A stretch of DNA of 59,301 nucleotides from Candidatus Buchananbacteria bacterium (GTDB lineage: Bacteria; Patescibacteriota; Patescibacteriia; 2-01-FULL-39-33): assembly GCA_041665065.1 (NCBI GenBank), contig JBAYJM010000004.1, positions 1-59,301 on the forward strand, in the 5' to 3' direction. Shown here one piece after another: positions 1-9,871 of this stretch; positions within the stretch are counted from its first letter, which is position 1; each line of letters starts with the position of its first letter. The notes beneath the pieces are model-generated. The model was not told where the DNA came from. It was given only the letters and a program-made list of their open reading frames with translations, and did not search any database. A program made the translations under genes and the position numbers.

Positions 1-456
<456 letters not shown>

Positions 457-552
457 AGAGGAGATACGATAGAGTCTCACGATTCTATCATGGTCGTTCT
501 GATCTAGTATCAGAAGGGTTGTGGATTTTTTGCCGCTATTAAGTTGTTAAAT

Positions 553-582
553 AAAAAAATCGGTTAATAGCCGATTTTTTTG
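553..582 (+). terminator. Intrinsic terminator directly downstream of 16S
   Basis: A-tract, stem ATCGG/CCGAT with a 7-nt loop, then a run of 7 T (576-582). Confidence 0.6.
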
Positions 583-658
583 TTGATTAATTTTAGTAAT
601 TATTATAATATTTAGGTGGTTCTTTGGGTGTCTTAACCATTTAGTAGGGGATGGTTTA

Positions 659-1066
659 ATGAGTAATTTAGTTGTAGTGATTGTGGACAGCGATTTATCT
701 GCTGTTGACGACCAGTGGACGGTGGCTTTGCACCCGTTGCCAAAATCTGCGGAGACAATACTTTTATCATCAAGAAGTGATGGGGCTTGGTCAGCGTTTA
801 AACACAGGCCAATGTTGGTAATTATAGACAGGGAAGGAGTTGATCGCGGATTGGCTAGGCAGTTTTTTTCCGGACCAGCGGAGGATGGTGATGGTCGGGT
901 AAATTTGGAGTCGTTTTTGGATGTTGAGCGACCTCCTATCGTTATCCTTAATCACGACGGTCATGAGCGTAATCTGGGTGAGGGGCATTTTGCTGATTAC
1001 GCCTGTAAACAGCATGACGCGACCAGCATGACTAATGCGTTGTGCCATCTGTTTCCTCGTCGTTAG
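659..1066 (+). CDS. Hypothetical protein (135 aa), G+C-rich orphan; 'VVVIVDSD' and 'MLVIIDRE' give a faint receiver-domain-like look only
   Basis: Uninterrupted ORF with an 'AGGGGA' SD-like motif about 9 nt upstream. A hairpin plus T-run follows at ~1093-1121. Composition differs from the flanks. No family recognised. Confidence 0.45.
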   Translation: MSNLVVVIVDSDLSAVDDQWTVALHPLPKSAETILLSSRSDGAWSAFKHRPMLVIIDREGVDRGLARQFFSGPAEDGDGRVNLESFLDVERPPIVILNHDGHERNLGEGHFADYACKQHDATSMTNALCHLFPRR

Positions 1067-1126
1067 ATTCCGTCTCAGCGTTGATTTTCAAAAGGGCTGG
1101 CACTTTGCAGCTCTCTTTTTTTAGCC

Positions 1127-1155
1127 TTGCCAAAACCTATTATTTTTGTTATATT
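1127..1155 (+). promoter_or_regulatory. Sigma70-like promoter for the tRNA-Ile/Phe/Pro cluster
   Basis: TTGCCA (1127-1132), 17-nt spacer, TATATT (1150-1155), about 25 nt upstream of tRNA-Ile. Confidence 0.45.
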
Positions 1156-1179
1156 ATTTAAGTAAAAAATTCTCATTTT

Positions 1180-1253
1180 GCGCATATAGCTCAGTTGGTT
1201 AGAGCGCGTCACTGATAATGACGAGGTCCCAAGTTCGAATCTTGGTATGCGCA
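1180..1253 (+). tRNA. tRNA-Ile (anticodon GAT)
   Basis: Cloverleaf folded by hand: acceptor GCGCATA/TATGCGC, anticodon stem CGTCA/TGACG, loop CTGATAA, T arm CCAAG-TTCGAAT-CTTGG. No encoded CCA. Confidence 0.9.
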
Positions 1254-1264
1254 CAGAATTTTAT

Positions 1265-1336
1265 GCCGAGGTAGCTCAGTGGTAGAGCAGTAGACTGAAA
1301 ATCTATGTGTCGCGAGTCCGATTCTCGCCCTCGGCA
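1265..1336 (+). tRNA. tRNA-Phe (anticodon GAA)
   Basis: Acceptor GCCGAGG/CCTCGGC, anticodon loop CTGAAAA, T arm GCGAG-TCCGATT-CTCGC. No encoded CCA. Confidence 0.9.
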
Positions 1337-1346
1337 CGGTTAATTA

Positions 1347-1420
1347 CGGGGCGTAGCTCAGTTGGCTAGAGCGCTTGGTTTGGGACCAAGAAGTCGCAGG
1401 TTCGAGTCCTGTTGCCCCGA
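1347..1420 (+). tRNA. tRNA-Pro (anticodon TGG)
   Basis: Acceptor CGGGGCG/TGCCCCG, anticodon stem CTTGG/CCAAG, loop TTTGGGA with G37. No encoded CCA. Confidence 0.9.
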
Positions 1421-1605
1421 TAAGTATAAATTTGTTTATAATAAACTCCCTCAAAGGGGAGTTTATTATGTCTAGATTTTTTTATTTTTAGCATCACATT
1501 TAAAACACAGTGAGAAGAAGCACCTTAAAGATAAATTTTTTTATTGTTTTTTTAATCTTGTAGGCGTAATATATTAGAATAATACAATATAAATTTAATG
1601 TGGCA

Positions 1606-2235
1606 ATGAAATATAATATTCCTCAGGTTAAACAAATCAGTGAGACTTCCTGCGCTTCGGCAGACTATACAATGGTGACTAACGCCTTGGGCTTTGATTG
1701 TCTATTGGAAGATATTTTAAAAATAACTGAATCTGAAATTGGCTTTGCCCCTTTTTGGAGATTTCTAGTAGAAAATAAAAATATAGAGATTGTAGACTTT
1801 ACTGAAAATAACCTCAAGCTTTGGGCAGAAAAAGGATTTATCGATTTTCAGCAAGAAACTGATGCGAGGCCATTTAATTTTTTTAAAGATAGAATAGTTG
1901 ATCCGAATAAATATCAAGATGATCTTAATTATTTATTCAAAAATAAAAACTTTACGTTTTATCGCGAAAAGCCGACGGTAGATTTATTAAAAGAGTATTT
2001 TGCCAAGGGATATGTTTGCGATGTGATGCTAGACCCTTGGATTATATATGGCGAGGAGCCGCCACGTTATTCATTGCACCGAGTATTTATTGTTGACATA
2101 AATGATGATGAGATAATATTTCATGACCCATCGTTTGACGGCGAAGCATTTTATAAATCTAATGCTGTTAAATTTGAAAAAGCTTTTCAGATTGATGGCG
2201 CTGAATTAACTTGTTATAGAATAAATAGTATTTGA
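1606..2235 (+). CDS. Papain-like cysteine peptidase, C39-like domain protein
   Basis: 'QISETSCASADYTM' (Gln...Cys) and 'HRVFIVDINDDEIIFHDP' (His...Asp-Pro) fit the C39 catalytic pattern. The ORF track starts at GTG 1600; ATG 1606 is preferred. Confidence 0.5.
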   Translation: MKYNIPQVKQISETSCASADYTMVTNALGFDCLLEDILKITESEIGFAPFWRFLVENKNIEIVDFTENNLKLWAEKGFIDFQQETDARPFNFFKDRIVDPNKYQDDLNYLFKNKNFTFYREKPTVDLLKEYFAKGYVCDVMLDPWIIYGEEPPRYSLHRVFIVDINDDEIIFHDPSFDGEAFYKSNAVKFEKAFQIDGAELTCYRINSI

Positions 2236-2352
2236 TTAGTAGCTCTAAAGAATAAAAAATCAGAGTACGTACTCTGATTTTTTATTCTTATTTAAATTTG
2301 ATTAATTCTTGGAGCAATCGTATAATATAATTAATCATTAATAAAATAAAAA

Positions 2353-3765
2353 ATGGATACTAAAGTTCATTTAGTAAAAAAAATAGCCGCCGCGACTTTT
2401 TTGCTTGTTATCGTTTCAATTGTGTCAGTTATTTTTTTTGTATATACATTGTCGCAAGGCATAAATGGCATACTGAGCGCTTTTGCGCCAATTTCCGTCA
2501 CCTCGGTTTCTTTTATGTCGACGGACTGGCTAAATGTCCTTAATTCTGTTAGTAGCAAAAATAATCTCAATATTCAAATCAATTATAGTGGTATATATTC
2601 CAATAATACTGCGGTTACGTGGCATCCAAATGCAACATGTTCCGGGACAGGTATTAGCCTGCGTAATTATTGCCTGGTTGGCAGGTGCCGTTTTCCGGTT
2701 AACCTGGAAGCCGATAAAATCGGCTTAATGTCGATGAGTGTTAAGGTTGTACAAAATGGAGAAACTAAGTGCAAAAGCGCTGGAGTGTGGCTACGAAATA
2801 ATAGCTCATCAACATTAACGGCTACAAAAGCTATTAATCAGGCAAATCTAGATATAAGTGAAAATAATTTATTGACGCGTTGCCAGAATAAAGAGGCGCT
2901 ATTATATTTTGATTATAATCAGGATTGCAAGATAGACGCTTCTGATATTCAGGCTGTGACAAATTCTGTATTGAGTGGAGGCCGAACCCCCTATTGTTTT
3001 GATATTAATTCCGATGGCCGGATTGATGCCACTGATAGTCAGACGGCTATTAATGCTACTCTGGGAACAATACCCAAAAAGATATGTGAATTAAAGCTTA
3101 AATTTGTTCAATCATCATATAAGGATGAAATTATTAATGACGAATATGTGTCAGGACAAAGATGCGAGGTGCCTAGTCCGGGAAATATTGACAACAATGA
3201 AATATCTTTTTATACTCCGGCAGGTAATGGATCTTTTAGCTATTGCGGCGGCTGGATTTCAACTTATAATTTCAGCTCACAAAACCCCTTGATTTATCCC
3301 AATAAATATTTATTTAATAATTTTTTGGGCTATGGTCCAGCTCAAACCGGCATAAATTTTAAAGTAAAAAATATAGCCTATGATTTATGGATGGCATCCC
3401 CGGCTTATTGGGGTGAAAGTTTTAAGGATGAAGATATTGTCTATGATGTATCAATGAGCGCTGGAGGATTGGGCAGATATGGCTTAAGTGCCGGTCAGTT
3501 GCAAAAAACAGGAAAGTCATTTACTGCTTGCGGTTATTCTTTGGGCATCAACGGTGTTGTTGATATGTCAAAACGCACCAGCACAACTTATCCCGTATAT
3601 CGTCTTACGGACACAAAGGACGTGTCAGCGTATTTTAATACAAATAATATCCCATCAATTAGGGGCGCTTTTTTTACCGTAACGACCGTAGGCGGAGCCG
3701 ATCAAATAAAAATGCTTCAAGGTCAATATGGCCTGTATTCAACAATTACTTTTAATCCGTTATAG
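2353..3765 (+). CDS. Membrane-anchored/secreted hypothetical protein with two dockerin-like (EF-hand-like) repeats
   Basis: N-terminal hydrophobic helix. 'DYNQDCKIDASDIQAVTNSVL' and 'DINSDGRIDATDSQTAINATL' resemble type I dockerin repeats. The rest is unassigned. Confidence 0.5.
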   Translation: MDTKVHLVKKIAAATFLLVIVSIVSVIFFVYTLSQGINGILSAFAPISVTSVSFMSTDWLNVLNSVSSKNNLNIQINYSGIYSNNTAVTWHPNATCSGTGISLRNYCLVGRCRFPVNLEADKIGLMSMSVKVVQNGETKCKSAGVWLRNNSSSTLTATKAINQANLDISENNLLTRCQNKEALLYFDYNQDCKIDASDIQAVTNSVLSGGRTPYCFDINSDGRIDATDSQTAINATLGTIPKKICELKLKFVQSSYKDEIINDEYVSGQRCEVPSPGNIDNNEISFYTPAGNGSFSYCGGWISTYNFSSQNPLIYPNKYLFNNFLGYGPAQTGINFKVKNIAYDLWMASPAYWGESFKDEDIVYDVSMSAGGLGRYGLSAGQLQKTGKSFTACGYSLGINGVVDMSKRTSTTYPVYRLTDTKDVSAYFNTNNIPSIRGAFFTVTTVGGADQIKMLQGQYGLYSTITFNPL

Positions 3766-3912
3766 ATTTAAATTAGCAATTCAAAATTTAGAACCGTAAA
3801 ATAATATTTAGTGTTTTTAAAAATGTAGGGATAAAATTGTGCGATTTACACTTATTAATCTCTTAATGATTTTGTGTAAAAATTTAAAGGCTTAATAATT
3901 TATCCTAAAAAT

Positions 3913-4092
3913 ATGAAAACATTGGCTTGCGCTGATTTTGGCGCGGATTGTAAATTTGTTGCCAAGGGCAATACTAATGAAGAAGTCATGAATAAAATGA
4001 TGGAGCATGTTGGTAAAAGTCATCCGGATAAAATGGAGGAAGTTAAAGGTATGCCCAAGAGTGATATTGAGATGATGATTAAAGAGGAGTAG
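3913..4092 (+). CDS. Small DUF1059-like protein (59 aa), absent from the ORF track
   Basis: Hand translation: MKTLACADFGADCKFVAKGNTNEEVMNKMMEHVGKSHPDKMEEVKGMPKSDIEMMIKEE. The 'C.D.G.DC.F.A.G.T.EEV....H....H' pattern is typical of DUF1059. A terminator follows at 4101-4134. Confidence 0.55.
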   Translation: MKTLACADFGADCKFVAKGNTNEEVMNKMMEHVGKSHPDKMEEVKGMPKSDIEMMIKEE

Positions 4093-4100
4093 TTGGAGAC

Positions 4101-4134
4101 AAAAAAACAGTCAGCCGCGGCTGACTGTTTTTTG
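4101..4134. terminator. Bidirectional intrinsic terminator (DUF1059 ORF / copA)
   Basis: A7, then the perfect palindromic stem CAGTCAGCCG/CGGCTGACTG with no unpaired loop as written, then T6. Confidence 0.7.
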
Positions 4135-4144
4135 CTCGATATGT

Positions 4145-6943
4145 TTACATTCCAGCACTTATTCTGCCGAACTCAATAAATATTAACAAAAATATTATTG
4201 CCATTATAATCGGCGCAAAAGAAGATAAATAGTCTTTTTTATTTGCCTTAAATATTTTTAGCAGTAATGAATTGGAAACAACCGAAATTGAACTTAAGGC
4301 CATGGCTAGTCCGGCTAACTCCGGCTTTAGAATAATTCCAAACATTACAAACGCTCTGGCGGCAATCGGTATGCCGATGACATTATAAAACAAGGCAAAG
4401 AAAAGATTTTGTTTAATCTTTGATATTGTGGCTTTGCTTAAATCAATCGCCTCAATGATTGATCGCAGGTCATTTCGAATAATAACAATGCCGCCAGTTT
4501 CCATAGCAACATCGGTACCGGAGCCCATGGCGATTCCCAGTTCAGCTTGAGCCAATGCTGGAGCGTCATTAATCCCGTCACCAACCATGGCAACTTTTTT
4601 ACCCATTTCCTGCAACTTCTTAACCTCTTTTTCTTTGTCTTGTGGCAGTACTTCAGCAATTACATTGCTTATGCCGAGTTGAGAGGCGATGGCTTTAGCT
4701 GTGGTGGCGTTATCGCCAGTCAGCATGTAGACTTCCATTTTTCTTTTTTGCAGTTCTTTAATTGTTTCAAAAGCGCTTTCCTTCAAGACATCAGCCACGC
4801 CGATAATTCCCAGTATCTCGGACCCTGAACTCAAGATCATGGCAGTCTTTCCGGTTTCTTCCAGTTTTTTTAATTTTCTTTCTGCATTGCCTAATTCTAA
4901 ATTAGCAATTTCAAAAATTAACTTTCTGTTGCCGAAGAAATACTTTTTACCGCCAATATCGCCCTCAATGCCATAACCTGGCACAGCTTTAAAATTCTCA
5001 ACATTAGGAATTTCAATACTTTCTTCTTGCGCGTATTTAATAATAGCTTCAGCCAGTGAATGCTCGGATCTTTTTTCAAGTCCTGACGCTATGGCAATTA
5101 TATCTTCCTCATCACTACTTGAAAGCGACACAACATCAGTCACCTCTGGCATGCCTTTAGTCAGAGTTCCGGTTTTGTCAAAAACAATGGCATTGATTTT
5201 TCCGGCAGCTTGAAGCGGTTCCCCGCCTTTAATTAATATTCCATTCTGCGCACCTTTGCCTGTTCCAACCATAATGGCGGTCGGCGTAGCCAATCCTAAG
5301 GCGCAAGGGCAGGCAATGACAATTACCGCTGTAAAGGCCATTAGGCTAAATGTCAGTCCCGCCCCAAAGCCGAAATACCAAATTAAAAAAGTGGCAATAG
5401 CAATTAGTATTACTGCCGGCACAAACTTAGAGGAGATTTTATCAGTCAGTCCCTCAATAGGCGCCTTTGAACCTTGAGCCTCTTCTACTAGTTTAATAAT
5501 CTGAGCTAGAGCTGTTTCAGCGCCCACTTTGGTTGCCTTGAATTCAAAACTACCATTTTTATTTATTGTGGATCCAAATACAGTATCGCCAACCTTTTTT
5601 TCAACCGGAATACTTTCTCCGGTCAGCATTGATTCATCAATTGCTGAACTGCCTTTGGTAATTACGCCATCAACCGGAATTTTCTCACCCGGCCTGACAA
5701 CTATAATATCTCCGCTTGTTACTTCTTCAATATTTATATCTTTTTCCTGGCCGTCTCGGATGACTTTTGCTGTTTTGGCTTGCAGTCCCATTAATTTTCT
5801 AATTGCATCGGATGTTCCGCCCTTGGCTTTTGTTTCCAGCCACTTTCCGAGTACGACAAAGGTAATTAAAAAGGCAGAAGTTTCAAAATATAAATCGGGA
5901 ATTTTTAAGCCCCCAAGTCCGATAATGGAATTATTGAAAATTGCATAGCTGATAAATTGCCAAAGGCTGTAAATGAAGGCCGTGCTGGTGCCGATTGCGA
6001 TTAGACTATCCATGTTGAATGTTTTCATCCGAAGCGCGCTCCAAAATCCTTTATAATAGCCGGCTCCGATTATAAATTGAACCGGAATCGTCAGGATTAG
6101 AGAAATAATTCCAAAGTAGGGCTTGAATAAGTTGCCCGGCAGCCAGGGCATGAAATCAATCAGCATGAAATAAAACATTGGCAAACTCAAACCTAGCGCC
6201 CAGAAAAATTTAGTCTTGAGCGATTTGATTTCTTTTTGCTGTTTTTGCTTATCAGCTTCCGGATTGGATTTTTTTATTTCCTCGGCTTTGTAACCGGCTT
6301 GTGAGATAGCTTTCAAAAAATCTTCTGCTTTAGCTTGAGATGAATCAAATATTACTCGGGCTTTTTCCGCCGAAAAATTAACGTTGGCTGTTTTTACGCC
6401 GGGAACTTTTTTCAACTGCTTTTCAATCAGCGACGCACAGGATGAACAGTGCATGCCATAAAGAGACAGATTAACTTGCTTTTGTCCCTGAAAAATAGTT
6501 TCTTGAGCAATTGTATCCGGCGTTGTGACAATCTCTTTCGATTTATTAGATCCGGAAGTTGCTTCAATTGTTTGAGTTAACGCTTTGGCTAATTTTTCCG
6601 CTCCGGCCCCAATAATTTCCATTTTAATTCTAAATAGATCATTATTTTCGCTGTCGTCATGAGATATTTTATGGCTAGTTTGATCTTCTTCCGGTGTTAA
6701 AGAAAGTGAGGGCGAATCTTCCTCACTGATAATTTGGGATTGATATCCGGCCGCTTTAATTTTTTTAATAATACTATTAGTATCAGTCAAATCAGAATCA
6801 AATTTAATTTGGCCATTGCCATCTTTAAAATTAAATGAAGCATTTTCGATGCCAGGAAGTTCCTCGACATTCATTTTAATTATTTTTTCACATGACTGGC
6901 AATGCATCCCCTCTATCTTTAATTTTATCTGTTTTATATTCAT
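4145..6943 (-). CDS. copA: Copper-translocating P1B-type ATPase
   Basis: Two N-terminal HMA domains ([16 protein letters not shown]). '[11 protein letters not shown]' CPC motif, 'DKTGTLT', '[10 protein letters not shown]'. Confidence 0.95.
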   Translation of the reverse strand: MNIKQIKLKIEGMHCQSCEKIIKMNVEELPGIENASFNFKDGNGQIKFDSDLTDTNSIIKKIKAAGYQSQIISEEDSPSLSLTPEEDQTSHKISHDDSENNDLFRIKMEIIGAGAEKLAKALTQTIEATSGSNKSKEIVTTPDTIAQETIFQGQKQVNLSLYGMHCSSCASLIEKQLKKVPGVKTANVNFSAEKARVIFDSSQAKAEDFLKAISQAGYKAEEIKKSNPEADKQKQQKEIKSLKTKFFWALGLSLPMFYFMLIDFMPWLPGNLFKPYFGIISLILTIPVQFIIGAGYYKGFWSALRMKTFNMDSLIAIGTSTAFIYSLWQFISYAIFNNSIIGLGGLKIPDLYFETSAFLITFVVLGKWLETKAKGGTSDAIRKLMGLQAKTAKVIRDGQEKDINIEEVTSGDIIVVRPGEKIPVDGVITKGSSAIDESMLTGESIPVEKKVGDTVFGSTINKNGSFEFKATKVGAETALAQIIKLVEEAQGSKAPIEGLTDKISSKFVPAVILIAIATFLIWYFGFGAGLTFSLMAFTAVIVIACPCALGLATPTAIMVGTGKGAQNGILIKGGEPLQAAGKINAIVFDKTGTLTKGMPEVTDVVSLSSSDEEDIIAIASGLEKRSEHSLAEAIIKYAQEESIEIPNVENFKAVPGYGIEGDIGGKKYFFGNRKLIFEIANLELGNAERKLKKLEETGKTAMILSSGSEILGIIGVADVLKESAFETIKELQKRKMEVYMLTGDNATTAKAIASQLGISNVIAEVLPQDKEKEVKKLQEMGKKVAMVGDGINDAPALAQAELGIAMGSGTDVAMETGGIVIIRNDLRSIIEAIDLSKATISKIKQNLFFALFYNVIGIPIAARAFVMFGIILKPELAGLAMALSSISVVSNSLLLKIFKANKKDYLSSFAPIIMAIIFLLIFIEFGRISAGM

Positions 6944-6947
6944 AAAT

Positions 6948-7157
6948 TTAACTTAGTGTTTCTGCTTTTTGGTCGATTGCCTCCAGTGATGATTTAATTT
7001 CCTCAAATCCTATGATTCGATCAGACTCGACTTTTACTAATCCATTGCGATTAACATCAATATTAATAATGCCGGAAATTTTTTCCAAAACTTTTTTGGC
7101 CAAGGTGACGCAGGCGTCACAATGAAAGTTGGTTATTTTAAATTCAAAATTATTCAT
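6948..7157 (-). CDS. copZ: HMA-domain copper chaperone
   Basis: 69 aa with a 'NFHCDACV' CxxC metal-binding motif. Tightly packed between the HMA fusion gene and copA. Confidence 0.8.
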   Translation of the reverse strand: MNNFEFKITNFHCDACVTLAKKVLEKISGIINIDVNRNGLVKVESDRIIGFEEIKSSLEAIDQKAETLS

Positions 7158-7158
7158 A

Positions 7159-8991
7159 TTATTCTACTTTTATTGTGCCACGCGGTACGTTCATGGCACA
7201 GGTTATTAAATAACTCCCAGGCTGTTGCGGAGTGAATTCCATTATGATTGTTTTGCCAGCTTCCAAATATTGGGGTCTGTTATAAAGATTTTGAATCATA
7301 ATAGTGCTCATACAACCGGATCCGTTTTCTTTGACGTCAATTTCAAATCTAACAGGAATGCCCTTTTTGACTGTAAATGTATTTGGCACAATATCTTTGT
7401 CATTTGTATATGACGTTTTAATTATTTGAACCTCGCTTTTGGTATCTGAAGTAGGTGCTGGAGCAACGGTTGTTGGTAGATTTTTACTTCCACCTCCGCA
7501 ACATCCTCCTCCTGATGAGCCACCACAACTGCCACCGGAAGTTGAACCGCCTCCGCAACCGCCACTTCCGCCTCCGCATCCACCGCTGGAATTAGCTGAT
7601 ATGCCACAGGAAGATCCACCTGCGCTTGATGGGCTGGTACTTGGATTGGTGTTAGTATTGACAGACTCGTCAACAACAGTAAATCTTCCGGTATACATTC
7701 CCATTGAGCAGGAAAATTTTACTTCACCTGTTTGGGTGGGTGTAAACTTCACAATATTTTCGCCTTTTTGTAGATGTACGTTGATGCCATATTTTGACAT
7801 GACGAGCGAAGAGGCGCAGGAAAAGGGATCTTCCGAATTTATGACCCATTTTACTGGTTTGCCCTTTTGGACGGTAAAATTATTCGGGCTATAACCGGAA
7901 GATTTTTGTGTCATGCTTACAATTTGTTCTTCTTGGTTTGTGGGATTATTAGTATTTGCAATTTCTCCAAAATACATTAAGTTTTTGCCATTGGCGATAT
8001 TAAAAAATCCCAATAAAATTACAGCAACACCGGCTGTCGCATAAAACAATCTGGCTTTTTTACCCTTAAATATTGAAGTAAGTCCGCCGATGCTAAGCAG
8101 TCCCGGCGTTGTTCCTAGAGCAAAAAGAAACATTATTAATGCTCCTTGTAAGAAACTGCCTGTGCTGATCGCATAAATTTGCATGGCTTGAGTAAAGCCG
8201 CAAGGCAGAAAAAAAGTTAAAGCACCGGTAATCATTGATCCGAGATGGCTGTATTCTTTGTTGTTAGTTTTGTTCAGGCCAAAAAGTTTTGATACAGATG
8301 ATGGTAAAGTGAGGGAGTGGTTTTTTAAGAAAGGAAAGATTTCTACCAGTTTTAATCCTAAAAATATCATAACCGCTCCGACTATCATCGTAACAATGCC
8401 TAGGGCATTGGGAGATATTTTAAAAGCAGTTCCAATTAGTCCTATCAATCCGCCAAGTATAGCAAAGCCGATCATCCTGCCTAAATTAAAAAATAGATGA
8501 GGTCTAAATCTTTGGATTCTGGTGGTTTCAGGATGCAGTTCGGCGTGTCGTGATGCTAAGCCCAGAGTCAGTCCTCCGACTAGCGCCATACAGGTAGATA
8601 CGCCGGCAATTAATCCGACAAATAAGGCAATAATTAATCCGCCACCAGAAGTGTCCGCGCTTAGATTTAATATTCCAAAGGATTTAAGTAGTACGAATAA
8701 TACAGCAATAATAATTGCTCCGATAAGGAGATTTTTGTAGTCTGTTTTGTCTTTGGAAAAAAAAGGTAGTTTACTTTTTTCGCCGACTTCATAGCCGGCA
8801 TTTTTGATGGCGCTGTTTATTTGTTCCGAGCTGGGACCGGAGCCATGGTGATATATTTCGACGGTGCCTCTATTCTGGTTTGCTCTTACTTTGGTAACAC
8901 CAGGCAATTTTTTGAGGCCGTCTTCGATTAGCAGCTCGCATGATTTGCAATGCATGCCGCTAACGCTGATTTTCTTTATTTTTACTTCCAT
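7159..8991 (-). CDS. HMA domain + polytopic TauE/DsbD_2-like membrane core + two cupredoxin-like domains separated by a Gly/Cys-rich linker
   Basis: 'GMHCKSCE' at the N-terminus. Membrane motifs 'GVSTCMALVGG' and 'FLPCGFTQAM'. Two repeats ending 'FSCSMGMYTGRFTV' and 'ITCAMNVPRGTIKV'. The linker is encoded at 7480-7629. Confidence 0.7.
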   Translation of the reverse strand: MEVKIKKISVSGMHCKSCELLIEDGLKKLPGVTKVRANQNRGTVEIYHHGSGPSSEQINSAIKNAGYEVGEKSKLPFFSKDKTDYKNLLIGAIIIAVLFVLLKSFGILNLSADTSGGGLIIALFVGLIAGVSTCMALVGGLTLGLASRHAELHPETTRIQRFRPHLFFNLGRMIGFAILGGLIGLIGTAFKISPNALGIVTMIVGAVMIFLGLKLVEIFPFLKNHSLTLPSSVSKLFGLNKTNNKEYSHLGSMITGALTFFLPCGFTQAMQIYAISTGSFLQGALIMFLFALGTTPGLLSIGGLTSIFKGKKARLFYATAGVAVILLGFFNIANGKNLMYFGEIANTNNPTNQEEQIVSMTQKSSGYSPNNFTVQKGKPVKWVINSEDPFSCASSLVMSKYGINVHLQKGENIVKFTPTQTGEVKFSCSMGMYTGRFTVVDESVNTNTNPSTSPSSAGGSSCGISANSSGGCGGGSGGCGGGSTSGGSCGGSSGGGCCGGGSKNLPTTVAPAPTSDTKSEVQIIKTSYTNDKDIVPNTFTVKKGIPVRFEIDVKENGSGCMSTIMIQNLYNRPQYLEAGKTIIMEFTPQQPGSYLITCAMNVPRGTIKVE

Positions 8992-9042
8992 ATAATAAAA
9001 AATTTAATTAAATTATTAAAGATCAAAAAAAGAAAATCAAAA

Positions 9043-9441
9043 TTACCAGCTTTTTGAATGAAGAATGCCTTGGGAGAAAAAGTCTATGAGAATTTTAAAT
9101 GAATTTGGACCGCGATTATTAACCAATGAAACGCGTCCAAGCCTGATTTCCTTAGTCTTTTTATTGCTTTTGAAAATCTGCCAACCGGCAAGTAATAAAG
9201 CAATCAGAGTTATAAAAAAATCCAGCTTGGATTTGGTGGCGGTGTTTAGTTCAAGATTTACCCTGCAACATTCCGAAATTCCATGTTGGCTTGATGGTGT
9301 GTTGTGGTGACCCATGCTGGCGTGAGAGCCCGGAGAAACAGTTGGCTGGCAAAACAATAATGAAGCTGAAATAATTACAAAAGCTAAAAATATAAAACAA
9401 ATTTTTTTTAGATTTTCTTGGATATTTTTCATTGGTCGCAC
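9043..9441 (-). CDS. Hypothetical two-TM membrane protein with a His/Cys-rich loop (possible metal binding)
   Basis: Directly abuts the csoR stop. Loop sequence 'GSHASMGHHNTPSSQHGISECC' lies between two hydrophobic segments. No family recognised. Confidence 0.45.
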   Translation of the reverse strand: MRPMKNIQENLKKICFIFLAFVIISASLLFCQPTVSPGSHASMGHHNTPSSQHGISECCRVNLELNTATKSKLDFFITLIALLLAGWQIFKSNKKTKEIRLGRVSLVNNRGPNSFKILIDFFSQGILHSKSW

Positions 9442-9714
9442 CTATTTATTAAGCAATTTTGTTACTTTTAAAATTTCTTGCGTCATTTCTTTTTTTCTTT
9501 TTTCGTTGCCTGAGGAAATGGCAGTTTTAAAGCAATTATTTAAGTGGCTTTCCATTAAGAGTTGATGGGCGGATTTCAATATGCCTATGGCGGCAAGATT
9601 TTGTTGCATCACATCAATGCAATATTGGTTGTTTTCCACCATTTGAATGATTCTATTGATGGCTCCTTGAGCTTTTTTAAAATTAATCAGGGCCATTTCT
9701 TTCTGTTTTGTCAT
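9442..9714 (-). CDS. csoR: CsoR/RcnR-family metal-sensing repressor
   Basis: 90 aa. 'YCIDVMQQNLAAIGILKSAHQLLMESHLNNC' matches the DUF156 Cys-His-Cys pattern. First gene of the cop operon. Confidence 0.85.
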   Translation of the reverse strand: MTKQKEMALINFKKAQGAINRIIQMVENNQYCIDVMQQNLAAIGILKSAHQLLMESHLNNCFKTAISSGNEKRKKEMTQEILKVTKLLNK

Positions 9715-9734
9715 ATTGCTTATTTTATTATTAA

Positions 9735-9794
9735 ACCCCCACCTGGGGTATGGGTTATCGATATATTATAATGTGTTTAGGGGTATTTTGTCAA
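9735..9794 (-). promoter_or_regulatory. cop operon promoter with a CsoR-type C/G-tract operator
   Basis: On the minus strand: TTGACA (9794-9789), 18-nt spacer, TATAAT (9770-9765). Then 'ATACCCCAGGTGGGGGTT' (9751-9735), with inverted CCCCA/TGGGG arms. A second 'TACCCCTA' sits in the spacer. Confidence 0.5.
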
Positions 9795-9871
9795 AATTTT
9801 AATATTGGCTCTGTTGGAGTCAAAAGCATTGCCGAAAACCCATTTTTTTTCTATACTATATACATCCAAAT

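Noticed and set aside
1415-1432. Identical 15-nt string 'CCCGATAAGTATAAA' at the 3' end and trailer of both tRNA-Pro genes (also 15256-15270)
   Set aside because: This is most simply a remnant of tRNA-Pro gene duplication or a shared 3'-processing context. It is too short to call a repeat element.
7439-7894. 151-aa Pro-rich ORF on the + strand (also 7422-7676 on the minus strand)
   Set aside because: It is the antisense or out-of-frame shadow of the GGN-repeat (Gly/Cys linker) region of the 7159-8991 gene. Its low-complexity Pro runs are the complement of Gly codons.
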